The position numbers were made by a program, and so were the translations under genes. From Cytophagales bacterium (GTDB lineage Bacteria; Bacteroidota; Bacteroidia; Cytophagales; JAHDFW01), in contig JAHDFW010000001.1 in the NCBI GenBank assembly GCA_020627945.1, forward strand, positions 5,603 to 69,602: a stretch of 64,000 bases of DNA. The letters are read 5' to 3'. Below the pieces are notes generated by a model. That model was given only the letters and a program-made list of their open reading frames with translations, made no database searches and was not told where the DNA came from. Of this stretch, positions 1 to 9,341 are shown piece by piece (position 1 is the stretch's first letter; the number at the start of each line of letters is the position of its first letter).

Positions 1-1
1 A

Positions 2-2494
2 CTAGAGAGTCAAGAAAAAATTTCTTTTGCTTATCAAAATTTCACGCAGCTAAAAAAGAAAGTAACAAGCTCTTATTCGTCTCAACCTTTACGAAGAGTT
101 TTACAAGATCTTTTTGAAAAGCACGGGTTAAGTTTCAAAGTAATTGGCAGTAAAATAACGTTATATGAACCCCGTAATAGCAAAAATAAGATCACAATTT
201 CAGGAAGTATTTATGATGCATTAACTGGAGAAGCATTGATAGGGTGTGTTGTTTATGAGCCCGCTACTGGACATCAGATAACCTCCAACCAATTTGGATT
301 CTACAGCTTAACATTACCTGCTGGCACACACACCATAATTGTATCTTACCTGGGATACCAAAAATATGCATTCGAAGCCCATTCTAGCGGTAAAAAAAAT
401 GTAGCTCTCAACTCCTCTTCTGAGGAAATAAAAGAAGTCGTAGCCACGGCTAACCAAGGTAACGAAAACATCACTTCCAACGAAATGAGTTCTAACCAAA
501 TCGATGTGGCCAAAGTAAGTAGTATACCCGTATTACTGGGTGAAAAAGATGTAATGAAAATTGCTCAATTACTACCTGGGGTAAAATCCTCAGGTGAGGG
601 GAATTCTGGATTCTATGTAAGAGGAGGAGGTGTGGATCAAAACTTAATTCTATTAGACGATGCGCCTATTTACAACGCTTCACACCTGCTTGGTTTCTTC
701 TCAATAATCAATTCAGACGCCATTAATCACGTGAAATTATATAAAGGTGCTATTCCAGCTAAGTATGGAGGGAGATTATCTTCGGTAATGGATATCCGCA
801 TGAAGGATGGGAACGACCAAAAACCATCAGTAACTGGAGGAATCGGACTTATTGCATCAAAACTGACACTAGAAGCTCCTATTAAAAAAGGTAATGGATC
901 ATTACTTATTGCTGGAAGAAGAACATATGCAGATTTACTACTAAACCTTGCCTCTGAGGGAGCACTTCGCAATTCAGGATTAGCCTTTTATGATTTAAAT
1001 ATGAAGGCCAATTACAAACTAGGAGCTAATGATCGCATATTCCTTTCAGGATACATTGGGAGAGACAAATTAGGTTTTGCTGATATATTTAATTTCGACT
1101 GGGGAAACACTACTACTACCCTAAGGTGGAACCATATCCATAAAAATCAACTGTTCTCCAATACTTCACTCATATACAGCAATTATGACTATCAAATCGA
1201 TGCTGTTGACGAATTTACAGCTAACGAAAGTTCTTTATCTGTACGATCTGGAATAGGAGATTTTCATCTAAAAAGAGATTACGATTATTACCTTAACTCA
1301 AAAAACACGTTATCATTTGGTTTAGGAAGCATTTATCACATCTTTAAACCTGGTCAAGTTGAATTGATAAACACTGGAAAATCATTCAATGAGCATATCG
1401 ATAACAAACACGCCTTAGAGTCATCTCTTTACTTCTACCATTCTTACAATTGGTCCACAAAAACAACCCTAAACTATGGATTACGCTTCAATAATTTCAC
1501 CCAATTTGGACCAGGTGAAATATTTACTTATCACCCTGATGGTTCAATTGCTTCTTCCAATCAATATTCAAAATTCGAAAAAGTAATCAGTTACAATCAA
1601 CTGTCTCCTCGATTATTAATTAATCATAAGTTAAATGCCTCAGCTGCTATTAAAGCTTCATATGCTCGTACCAATCAATATTTACATTTGTTATCAGACC
1701 TAACCAGCAGCACTCCTATCGATGTCTGGCTTCCTAGCAGTAATAATATCAAACCACGCATAGCTGATCAATTCACAATTGGATATTTTAAAAACCTCCA
1801 TAATAATAACATTGAGTGTTCCACAGAAATATACTATCGTTCTAGCCAAAACGACGTCAATTATCGTTCTGATCATCAGGTAATCTTAAATCCTCTTGCT
1901 GAAAATCAATTGCTCTTTGGCGCTGGGAGGGCATATGGAGTAGAGTTTTTGGTAAAAAAAAGAAAGGGGTTACTAACTGGATGGATGGGATATTCCTTAT
2001 CTAAATCCGAACTGCAATTCGATCAAATTAACAACGGCAACTGGTTCAATGCTAAACAGGATAGAACACATGAATTCTCCTTGGTTAGTATGTTTACCCT
2101 ATCGAAACGTGCAAAATTATCTTCTTCGTGGGTTTACCATACGGGAAATGCGGTTACTATGCCAACCTCTAGATACACGATTGGAGGCATTCAAACCATC
2201 GGTTACACCGAACGAAATGGTGGACGTATGCCTGCTTACCATAGATTAGATATCGGGCTTTCATTAGATGGAAAAAACAACACTATCAAAGTAAATCCTC
2301 AAACTGGAAAAGATGAAATAGTTCCCAAAAAAGTACACTCCAATTGGACTTTTTCTATTTACAATATTTACGCGCGAAATAACGCTTATTCGATATACTT
2401 CAGGCCAAAAGCCAACAACTCACAATCCTTTGAAGCGGTTCAAACTAGCCTATTCAGTTTTGTGCCTTCTATTAACTATAATTTCAAGTTCTAA
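2..2494 (+). CDS. TonB-dependent outer-membrane receptor (5' end runs off the window)
   Basis: The reading frame is open from nt 2, so the TTG at 236 in the ORF track is internal. The upstream in-frame peptide ...KITISGSIYDALTGEALIGCVVYEP looks like a CarboxypepD_reg-like beta-sandwich. Plug-like motifs are present (VLLGEKDVMKIAQLLPGV, FYVRGGGVDQNLILLDDAPIYN). A long beta-barrel region ends in the aromatic terminus NYNFKF. Confidence 0.85.
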   Translation, partial: LESQEKISFAYQNFTQLKKKVTSSYSSQPLRRVLQDLFEKHGLSFKVIGSKITLYEPRNSKNKITISGSIYDALTGEALIGCVVYEPATGHQITSNQFGFYSLTLPAGTHTIIVSYLGYQKYAFEAHSSGKKNVALNSSSEEIKEVVATANQGNENITSNEMSSNQIDVAKVSSIPVLLGEKDVMKIAQLLPGVKSSGEGNSGFYVRGGGVDQNLILLDDAPIYNASHLLGFFSIINSDAINHVKLYKGAIPAKYGGRLSSVMDIRMKDGNDQKPSVTGGIGLIASKLTLEAPIKKGNGSLLIAGRRTYADLLLNLASEGALRNSGLAFYDLNMKANYKLGANDRIFLSGYIGRDKLGFADIFNFDWGNTTTTLRWNHIHKNQLFSNTSLIYSNYDYQIDAVDEFTANESSLSVRSGIGDFHLKRDYDYYLNSKNTLSFGLGSIYHIFKPGQVELINTGKSFNEHIDNKHALESSLYFYHSYNWSTKTTLNYGLRFNNFTQFGPGEIFTYHPDGSIASSNQYSKFEKVISYNQLSPRLLINHKLNASAAIKASYARTNQYLHLLSDLTSSTPIDVWLPSSNNIKPRIADQFTIGYFKNLHNNNIECSTEIYYRSSQNDVNYRSDHQVILNPLAENQLLFGAGRAYGVEFLVKKRKGLLTGWMGYSLSKSELQFDQINNGNWFNAKQDRTHEFSLVSMFTLSKRAKLSSSWVYHTGNAVTMPTSRYTIGGIQTIGYTERNGGRMPAYHRLDIGLSLDGKNNTIKVNPQTGKDEIVPKKVHSNWTFSIYNIYARNNAYSIYFRPKANNSQSFEAVQTSLFSFVPSINYNFKF

Positions 2495-2501
2495 ATACTG
2501 C

Positions 2502-3320
2502 GTGCATAAAACGAAATACATATCAAGAATCCTATTCACGTTGTGCCTATTGACGTTGATTTCAGCATGTGAACGTGCTGTTAACCTAAATTTAAAAAAT
2601 GAAGCTTCTCATGTAGTGGTAGAAGCAGAGTTACATCCCGCTGCAGGTGGAAATTACGTTCTTTTACACAGAACCACCAAAGTCCAGGAAGATGCTCAAC
2701 CTGAAGCGATAATGGGAGCTAAAGTTATTATTACCGATCAGAATGAAAATGCTTTTGAGCTAACAGAAATCGAAGCAGGCAAATACCAAAATATAAACAT
2801 AACTCCTCTATCTGGAGAAAAATATAAACTGCAGATTCAAATAAATGGAGAAAGCGAAATTACTGGAGAAACCCAGTTACCCACCGATTATGTGAAAATT
2901 GATTCTCTATCCTACGATTCTAGTTATGGTATTCTTCTAAATCCCGCAATAATTTGCCACCTAATAGACCCTCCTGGTACAACAAATTATTATCGGATTA
3001 GGTACGCGGTTAATGGAAATTTAATGGTTCCAACTTCAGCATATGATATTATAATGAGTTCAGATGAAACTTGGGAAACAGAAAACATGATTGCTATCGA
3101 ATATTTGGAAAATTTATCATCAGGCGATCTAGTCACAATATACCTTATGAATGTAGACTCCTCATATTTCAACTACTACTCCACGCTAACTTCAACAGAC
3201 CGAAACGTAGGAGGAATACTTGGTACTAATCCCGAAAACCCAACTGGTAATCTTGGTGAAAACGTATTTGGTTATTTCGGATCCTATTCACAAGACACTA
3301 TGAGTATTGTTATTCCTTGA
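2502..3320 (+). CDS. DUF4249-family lipoprotein (typical partner of CarboxypepD_reg-type TonB receptors)
   Basis: An in-frame GTG at 2502 lies just after the receptor stop. The lipobox LLTLISAC is present. The C-terminal GYFGSYS motif is typical of DUF4249. The ORF-track start at 2430 would overlap the upstream gene by 65 nt. Confidence 0.7.
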   Translation: MHKTKYISRILFTLCLLTLISACERAVNLNLKNEASHVVVEAELHPAAGGNYVLLHRTTKVQEDAQPEAIMGAKVIITDQNENAFELTEIEAGKYQNINITPLSGEKYKLQIQINGESEITGETQLPTDYVKIDSLSYDSSYGILLNPAIICHLIDPPGTTNYYRIRYAVNGNLMVPTSAYDIIMSSDETWETENMIAIEYLENLSSGDLVTIYLMNVDSSYFNYYSTLTSTDRNVGGILGTNPENPTGNLGENVFGYFGSYSQDTMSIVIP

Positions 3321-3339
3321 TATTAGAACATAACCTGAA

Positions 3340-5232
3340 ATGAAACAGTCATACATATTCACTTCCGTAGTCCTTATTTTTATTTTATGTTCCTATAAAA
3401 TGTTTGGACAAATCACAATAACAGACTCCATATCAAACCAACAGGTGATTCAAACATTACAAGGAGAAGGTGTGGTTATTACTAATCTGCAAATTACCAA
3501 CCCTTTGGATACAGGCAAACTCCCGTCATATGGACTTTTTAATGATCCCTTTGGAAGTTTAGGGATGAACAAAGGATTAATTATGACCAACGGTGCAGCA
3601 GTAAATGCCGTTGGGCCAAACGACGAATTCGGAAAAACTCAAGAGAATGACACAACCGAAGTGTTTGACCCTGACTTAAGAGGGCTTCTTACAGATACCA
3701 CAGTTGAACTTCGTGATATTTGCATAATTGAGTTTGATATTGTCATATCTTCCAACTTACTGATTTTCAACTACATTTTTGGCTCCGATGAGTACCCCGA
3801 GTTTCTTGATTACAATGATGTTTTCGGCTTTTTTATTTCTGGTCCTGGCATAACTGGAGTTAAAAATATTGCAACGGTTCCAGGGAGCACTATCCCAGTT
3901 TCTGTTTCTAACATTAATCACCTTACCAATTCCGAATATTACGTAAACAACGGTAATGGTAGCACTCCATCCGACAATATTGATATTCAATACGATGGAT
4001 ATACGACAACGCTTCAGGCAAAAGCGGATGTTATCCCATGTGAAACCTACCACATTAAACTTGCTATAGCAGATGCTGGATCAGACGATGATGATCAAAC
4101 ATACGATACTGGCGTTTTTCTAGAAGAAAATAGTTTTAGTTCAGGGGTAGCACCAGAGCTTGAAGTTCATTACGAGTTTAACAAGTTTGATCGCGCGATT
4201 GAAGAATGTAATGATGCCTATGTTGTTGTTTCAAGAAATAAACAAAACGTAGACCAGTCCAATAGAATTGTCTATTACTATCAAATTGATGGTAGTGCCG
4301 ATAATGGTGTTGATTACGTAACAATTACTGACAGCATAGTTCTTGAAGCAGGAGAGGAAAAAGATTCAATCCTAATTAGAGCATTGCAGGACAACGTGGA
4401 AGACGATAACGAAAATGTTATTCTAAATTTTTCTAGTGGATGTGATCAAATTCCAAATGAAGACGAAAAAATTATCGTGCCAATCCATGAGTACTACAAT
4501 CACCCCTTAAATGAAGCTTCCAAATGCGGTAACGCTACAGTTGTACTAAATTCAAATCCTAACGGATCGGATAGTATTTCATGGGTTTCCTCTGAATATT
4601 TAAGTTGCACAAATTGTCAGTCGCCAATAGCCAATAACCCTGTAGATACTTTTTTTTGGTTCTATGCAGTAGATAAACAATCGGGTTGCCACAGCTTTGA
4701 TTCAGTAGAGGTTAAAGTTTATGAAACCCTAGCCGATTTTGATTTTCACTACGAACAATGTTACACCACCGTTGACGTGTTTTTTGACGATCAGTCCAAA
4801 AATGCCGATAGTTTATTATGGAATTTTGGAGATGGTTCTTCGTCTAAACTAAAAGACCCCCATCACCAATACACCAGTGCTATTAACCAAACTGAATCTC
4901 AGTTTTTTGATGTTACACTTACAGTAATTAACAATGAATTTCAATGTAAGGACACAGTAGTTAAAACCATTGATATCGAGACTCCTTTAAAATTTCCTAA
5001 TATAATTACACCTAACAACGATTTCGTAAACGACGTCTTAGATATTGTAGGGATCAATGGTAATTGCTGGACTATTATGGTTTACAACCGATGGGGAAAA
5101 TTAGTTTATGAAGAAGAAAATTACGCCAACAATTATAGTCCATCTGACCTACCTGACGGCACTTATTTTTACCGGTTTTTAAACAACAATCAAGATTTTG
5201 AATATAAGGGATATCTGGAAGTATACAGATAA
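3340..5232 (+). CDS. Secreted multidomain protein: choice-of-anchor L domain, Calx-beta-like, PKD-like and T9SS type B (gliding-associated) C-terminal sorting domain
   Basis: It has a signal peptide. Choice-of-anchor-L signatures are present (FGSDEYPEF, FGFFISGPGI, YDGYTT, HIKLAIADAGSDDDDQTYDTGVFLEENSF). A Calx-beta-like stretch is seen (DGSADNGVDYVTITDSIVLEAGEEKDSILIRALQDNVEDDNENV). A PKD-like WNFGDGSS is present. The C-terminus PNIITPNNDFVNDVL...VYNRWGKLVYE...DGTYFY matches the type B sorting domain. Confidence 0.8.
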   Translation: MKQSYIFTSVVLIFILCSYKMFGQITITDSISNQQVIQTLQGEGVVITNLQITNPLDTGKLPSYGLFNDPFGSLGMNKGLIMTNGAAVNAVGPNDEFGKTQENDTTEVFDPDLRGLLTDTTVELRDICIIEFDIVISSNLLIFNYIFGSDEYPEFLDYNDVFGFFISGPGITGVKNIATVPGSTIPVSVSNINHLTNSEYYVNNGNGSTPSDNIDIQYDGYTTTLQAKADVIPCETYHIKLAIADAGSDDDDQTYDTGVFLEENSFSSGVAPELEVHYEFNKFDRAIEECNDAYVVVSRNKQNVDQSNRIVYYYQIDGSADNGVDYVTITDSIVLEAGEEKDSILIRALQDNVEDDNENVILNFSSGCDQIPNEDEKIIVPIHEYYNHPLNEASKCGNATVVLNSNPNGSDSISWVSSEYLSCTNCQSPIANNPVDTFFWFYAVDKQSGCHSFDSVEVKVYETLADFDFHYEQCYTTVDVFFDDQSKNADSLLWNFGDGSSSKLKDPHHQYTSAINQTESQFFDVTLTVINNEFQCKDTVVKTIDIETPLKFPNIITPNNDFVNDVLDIVGINGNCWTIMVYNRWGKLVYEEENYANNYSPSDLPDGTYFYRFLNNNQDFEYKGYLEVYR

Positions 5233-5250
5233 ACCAAAACAGATATTAAT

Positions 5251-6483
5251 ATGCATAGCACTATGAAAAAATCAATTTCGTTTACTGTCCTGCTTTTATG
5301 TACAATGGCCTCTATTTTCGCACAATCTGATGCCTACAAAATAAGATTCAATGAAATTTTCATTCATCACAAGGATGCGAAAAAAAACTGGATAGAGTTA
5401 AAGGCTTCTTCAAAAAAAGATGTTGCGACTGTAGACAGTTTATACCTTTCTACAGATAAAACTAATCCAACAATGTGGCCAGTTCATGTGAAATTTTCGG
5501 ACCATATTGCTATAAATAAGATTAAATACATCACGGTGACTGTAAAATCGGAAATGTTCCCTTTTCCACTTTCAAGTGTAGCCTATGTGCAAGAATTGCC
5601 ATTAAAAACCAGCAACATGCTCTATCTATATATTGCTTCTGGACCAGATTCATTAACCTGCCTAGACTCATTGAAAATAGGAATAGAACAAATCGAAAAA
5701 AATCAATCATTAGTACGCAATCCAAAACGAAGATCGGTTACTACACCTTCAAAAATCATTACTAAAGGAAGTAAAAACCTGACCTTTTCAAACTCCCAAC
5801 CGAAGAAATCATATGCGGTGTACTTCTCAAATGGGCTCGGTATGGCTACAATTAGGACTACGGATAGACCTTACAGTACTCCATTAAAATACTCATGGGG
5901 AATTGGAATAATGCGTGAACGCCAAACCTTATTGAAATACTTCAAACTCCAATACGGTATGAATTTAACTCGTTTAAACTATGGGATAAAATCACATAAA
6001 ATTGATACTCTCACTAAAACTGTCAACGGTGAGGAGCAAATAACCCGCAGAGAGAATACAACAAATGGTTGGAAAAAAAGCAGCCGAATCTCCCTCCCAT
6101 TTGCGTTAATTGGTCGTTTCAACAATAAACTTAGTTTTAAGGCAGGGTCAGCATTAAGCATTGTTGCCTCCAATCGCCAATATTATGTAAGTGATTTAAA
6201 CTATTATCAAGGCAATACAGGTGAACTTTATCTAACCAACCAAATAACTTACGACGAAAAAGGAATTGAACTTTCTTTACCAGGCCTTATGCTAGGGCTG
6301 GATTACCACATAAATGAAAAACACAGGTTGAGCGTGGATTATCTAAAGTACGGAACTGGTATTGATCTTTTTTCCGCAACAGGGAAAAGCAACACGAACT
6401 ACGGATTCTTTGTTACGTATGGATTTCACTTTGCAAAAAGTAAAAAACGAATACCTAAATATCAATTAATAAAGTTGAATTGA
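5251..6483 (+). CDS. Hypothetical secreted protein (lamin-tail-like N-terminal segment, beta-barrel-like C-terminal half)
   Basis: It has a signal peptide; MKKSISFTVLLLCTMASIFAQ from the alternative ATG at 5263. NEIFIHHKDAKKNWIELKA resembles an LTD motif. The C-terminal half has alternating hydrophobic strands ending in FFVTYGFHF. No confident family assignment. Confidence 0.5.
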   Translation: MHSTMKKSISFTVLLLCTMASIFAQSDAYKIRFNEIFIHHKDAKKNWIELKASSKKDVATVDSLYLSTDKTNPTMWPVHVKFSDHIAINKIKYITVTVKSEMFPFPLSSVAYVQELPLKTSNMLYLYIASGPDSLTCLDSLKIGIEQIEKNQSLVRNPKRRSVTTPSKIITKGSKNLTFSNSQPKKSYAVYFSNGLGMATIRTTDRPYSTPLKYSWGIGIMRERQTLLKYFKLQYGMNLTRLNYGIKSHKIDTLTKTVNGEEQITRRENTTNGWKKSSRISLPFALIGRFNNKLSFKAGSALSIVASNRQYYVSDLNYYQGNTGELYLTNQITYDEKGIELSLPGLMLGLDYHINEKHRLSVDYLKYGTGIDLFSATGKSNTNYGFFVTYGFHFAKSKKRIPKYQLIKLN

Positions 6484-6541
6484 TACTTACTAAATCAAGA
6501 ATCAATCTGCGTAATTCATTCTAGATAACCTCATTTACAAA

Positions 6542-6907
6542 TCAATCAAAATGTTTAATCTTGATCTTGATGCCTTTTGACTCTTCCAAAATTTCTACCA
6601 TTTCACGTACATCTTCATCGTCTCGATAGATTTTCCAAACAATATCCAAATTAGGATTCAGAACAACCAGAACATCTATCATATAAACAAACATCTTACT
6701 CGAAGGTGTATTATAGTAATCCACGAAAATTTTCAACTCAGTTTGAGTCGGATTTCCTTTAACATATTCTAAAAGCCATTCCAGTACTGGCTCATAAAAT
6801 TCACGAGCATTATCTGGAATTGATCTTCCCTCAATAAGAAGGTCTCCTTCAGGTGTGAATTTAACTTCAGGTGTTATCTCCGTCGGGGTAATATGTAAAA
6901 GCTTCAT
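6542..6907 (-). CDS. DUF1987 / SiaC-family protein
   Basis: It is 121 aa. The pattern ITPTEITPEVKFTPEGDLLIEGRSIPDNAREFYEPVLEWL...VDYYNTPSSKM matches the SiaC/DUF1987 pattern (TP.V.F...G.L.I.G.S.PEN...FY.P...W, then F.L.YFNTSS.K). Confidence 0.75.
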   Translation of the reverse strand: MKLLHITPTEITPEVKFTPEGDLLIEGRSIPDNAREFYEPVLEWLLEYVKGNPTQTELKIFVDYYNTPSSKMFVYMIDVLVVLNPNLDIVWKIYRDDEDVREMVEILEESKGIKIKIKHFD

Positions 6908-6932
6908 GTCTAATAAAGTTAAGTTTGCTCGG

Positions 6933-6940
6933 CAAAATTA
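6933..6940 (-). promoter_or_regulatory. Candidate Bacteroidota -7 promoter box (TAATTTTG on minus strand)
   Basis: The plus-strand text CAAAATTA is the reverse complement of TAnnTTTG. It lies 26 nt upstream of the ATG at 6907. Confidence 0.35.
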
Positions 6941-6992
6941 ATAAACTAACGTGAGTTATTTACTAACTTAGCTTAGACATCATTAGAATCTC

Positions 6993-7796
6993 ATGATTAT
7001 TTTAGTTTCGCTTATCATTGGAATAGTAATTACTAGCATCATTGTCATAGAAACTTCCCCAAAAGAAACGCCTAAGCAAAAAGAACAAGAACCCATTCTA
7101 GAATCAACAGGTTCCACTCAGGAAAATGAACCTCAACCTGACGATTTTTACAGGAACGCAGAATTTGTAAATAAACATTGCACGAGTTTGAAGGACTTCA
7201 TTATTAACGATGACTTTAACGAATATGATTTAAGAAAGCTGGCTGACCTAAATAAAATAGACTTGCAAATCAATGAAGGCTGGTACCCAATCACAATTGA
7301 ACTTATTCGTGATTTAGACAAACTTGGTTGGAACAAAGAGGTTTCCTGCATTAAGGAAAAATACGCTCGACTTGAATTCTACACAAAAGCTAAATTCGAA
7401 AGTGACATCTACAACCTAATCGAAGACTACGGTGAAAAATCTGAGAGCATTTGTGAGACATGTGGAGAGCCCGGAACGATCATAACTAATCATGGAGCAT
7501 GGATGTACGTGGCTTGTGAAAAACACTACACCATTAATAGAGGAACGATAATAGTTGAACAGGATGGTTTCAAATTTAATGGCAATTTTCACGCATGGGA
7601 CGAATTTAAAAATGCCAGTTTAGAAGAATCTCAATACTATAAGGGACAATTAATTCTAACCTTAGAATACAAAGTGCCTAAACAAGTTTCACCGGGCAGA
7701 ACAGATAATTCACTAATGGTTTTCAGCCATTCAATTGGTTTTGACAACTTAATAGATCATGCACAAAACAGGTTTAAAAACTTGCTTCCAAATTAA
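6993..7796 (+). CDS. Hypothetical membrane-anchored protein with a Cys/His cluster
   Basis: It has an N-terminal TM helix (IILVSLIIGIVITSIIVI), then a charged low-complexity linker, then a globular part with CETCGEPG...ACEKH. No recognised family. Confidence 0.5.
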   Translation: MIILVSLIIGIVITSIIVIETSPKETPKQKEQEPILESTGSTQENEPQPDDFYRNAEFVNKHCTSLKDFIINDDFNEYDLRKLADLNKIDLQINEGWYPITIELIRDLDKLGWNKEVSCIKEKYARLEFYTKAKFESDIYNLIEDYGEKSESICETCGEPGTIITNHGAWMYVACEKHYTINRGTIIVEQDGFKFNGNFHAWDEFKNASLEESQYYKGQLILTLEYKVPKQVSPGRTDNSLMVFSHSIGFDNLIDHAQNRFKNLLPN

Positions 7797-7903
7797 TAGT
7801 TTCACCATTTTCACACTTGTTGTTTAAAATATTTTAACCATATTTATGATTACTTAACTTAATAAACAAACAATCAAATAACACAACACTAACAAACAAC
7901 AAC

Positions 7904-9265
7904 ATGAAACTAAAATTTTTGAAGGTCTCAACCATTTTAATGGTCGGGATAACTGCGTGTTTTTATTCGTGCAATAACAACAGCAATCACGGGCATGATT
8001 CAGGTGGATCAGGTTCGAATGATACGGTAGTAGTATTCGCTACAAACAAAGAACTAGCTTATAGGAATTCGGTAAATAAAGCACCTCATGGTTATAACGG
8101 CCCTACTTATCAACTAAGTCATAATTATCCTACGGCAATGCCATCTTCTGATAAATTAGATGAATGTAAATGGCTAAAAGTAAATGTTGACTTCAAAGCT
8201 AGATCAGGTGATTCTGCCGGAGTTTGGACTAAAGGCTGGACCGAATATGCCAACCACGTCAAAGATTATGTAGTAAACGGCATCAACTTAGACGACACCA
8301 ACTATAGCTATACAACAGACTGGTATAACCTCCCTTGGCTAGCTGTGGACGACTATACTGGACGTGAATTTACGCATGGAGGGCGTTATAGTTTTTCGGT
8401 ACCTCTTACTCAAGTTGATCCACTAGGTAAAGATAGTTCTGATAATTGCTTACCTGTTTGGGGAATTGCAAGTTACAATTGCTTTGGCGGTTACGCTATT
8501 GGACAAATGTGGTCAAGTGATGGAGAAATTCAATTTCAGGCAGATCCTAAATCAAATCAAGTGATTGGAATGCCTTTTCCTGATGGCACAGTAATTCATA
8601 AAATAAACATGATAGGTCACTTAGGAGACGCCCCACCAAGTCACCTTAAAGGAGCTCCTACTTGGAAACTTAACGTTCATACACAAGATCCAAACTGTAA
8701 CACTTTTAGTGGAACCAATGCACGTTCGCTCCAAGATGTTCATTTGTTCGAAATGGATATTATGGTGAAAGATTCACGCGCACCTAATGGTTGGGTATTT
8801 ATTGCTTTGGTATACGATCAATCTCAAAAAGACAATCCAGTAATGTGGGATAAATATACCGTTATGGGAATTCAATATGGAATGGACTCCAAGTCCTACC
8901 CAGCAGTAACTCAAGCAGAAGGTCAACCTGTTTCTCAAACACTACTTAACTCAATCAGTCAAAACTGGACTGTGGGTTGTAATGGACGTTTAGCTACTTT
9001 CCAAGGAACTCCAAATCAAAACTGTATGGGTTGTCACCAAACGGCGTTCTTTCAAAAAGAAACTGGAGATAGAGCTTATCAGCTTTTGGATGGTGTTAAG
9101 TGCTCTGATGGGTCTACGGCAACTTTTCCTAAATATTTTACCGCATGGCAGTATGGTGGAGATTTTCCAGAACCTGAAATTGATAGTACTAAAACCTCGG
9201 TTGGACTAGACTATTCACTAAGAATGTTTGATGCCGTTAATAATTACTATAAGTACAAAAATTAA
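7904..9265 (+). CDS. Lipoprotein with a single CXXCH haem-c attachment motif (possible cytochrome P460-like C-terminal region)
   Basis: It has a lipoprotein signal (ITACFYSC). The CMGCH motif is encoded at 9023-9037. The preceding pattern PFPDGTVIHK...MDIMVKDSRAPNGWVFIALVYD...CMGCHQTAF is reminiscent of the P460 fold signature. Confidence 0.6.
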   Translation: MKLKFLKVSTILMVGITACFYSCNNNSNHGHDSGGSGSNDTVVVFATNKELAYRNSVNKAPHGYNGPTYQLSHNYPTAMPSSDKLDECKWLKVNVDFKARSGDSAGVWTKGWTEYANHVKDYVVNGINLDDTNYSYTTDWYNLPWLAVDDYTGREFTHGGRYSFSVPLTQVDPLGKDSSDNCLPVWGIASYNCFGGYAIGQMWSSDGEIQFQADPKSNQVIGMPFPDGTVIHKINMIGHLGDAPPSHLKGAPTWKLNVHTQDPNCNTFSGTNARSLQDVHLFEMDIMVKDSRAPNGWVFIALVYDQSQKDNPVMWDKYTVMGIQYGMDSKSYPAVTQAEGQPVSQTLLNSISQNWTVGCNGRLATFQGTPNQNCMGCHQTAFFQKETGDRAYQLLDGVKCSDGSTATFPKYFTAWQYGGDFPEPEIDSTKTSVGLDYSLRMFDAVNNYYKYKN

Positions 9266-9290
9266 AAATTATTAGACAACACCTGATTAA

Positions 9291-9323
9291 AAGGATTTCG
9301 ACTGATGTCGGAGTCCTTTTTTT
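9291..9323 (+). terminator. Rho-independent terminator
   Basis: A 12-bp stem pairs AAGGATTTCGAC with GTCGGAGTCCTT (two G-U pairs). The loop is TGAT. A T-run follows. Confidence 0.7.
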
Positions 9324-9341
9324 ATTTTGTATCTTCACAAT

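Noticed and set aside
2430-2501. The ORF track gives an N-terminal extension of the DUF4249 gene.
   Set aside because: The extension would overlap the TonB receptor by 65 nt and put 24 residues in front of the lipoprotein signal. The in-frame GTG at 2502, right after the receptor stop, gives a normal lipoprotein N-terminus.
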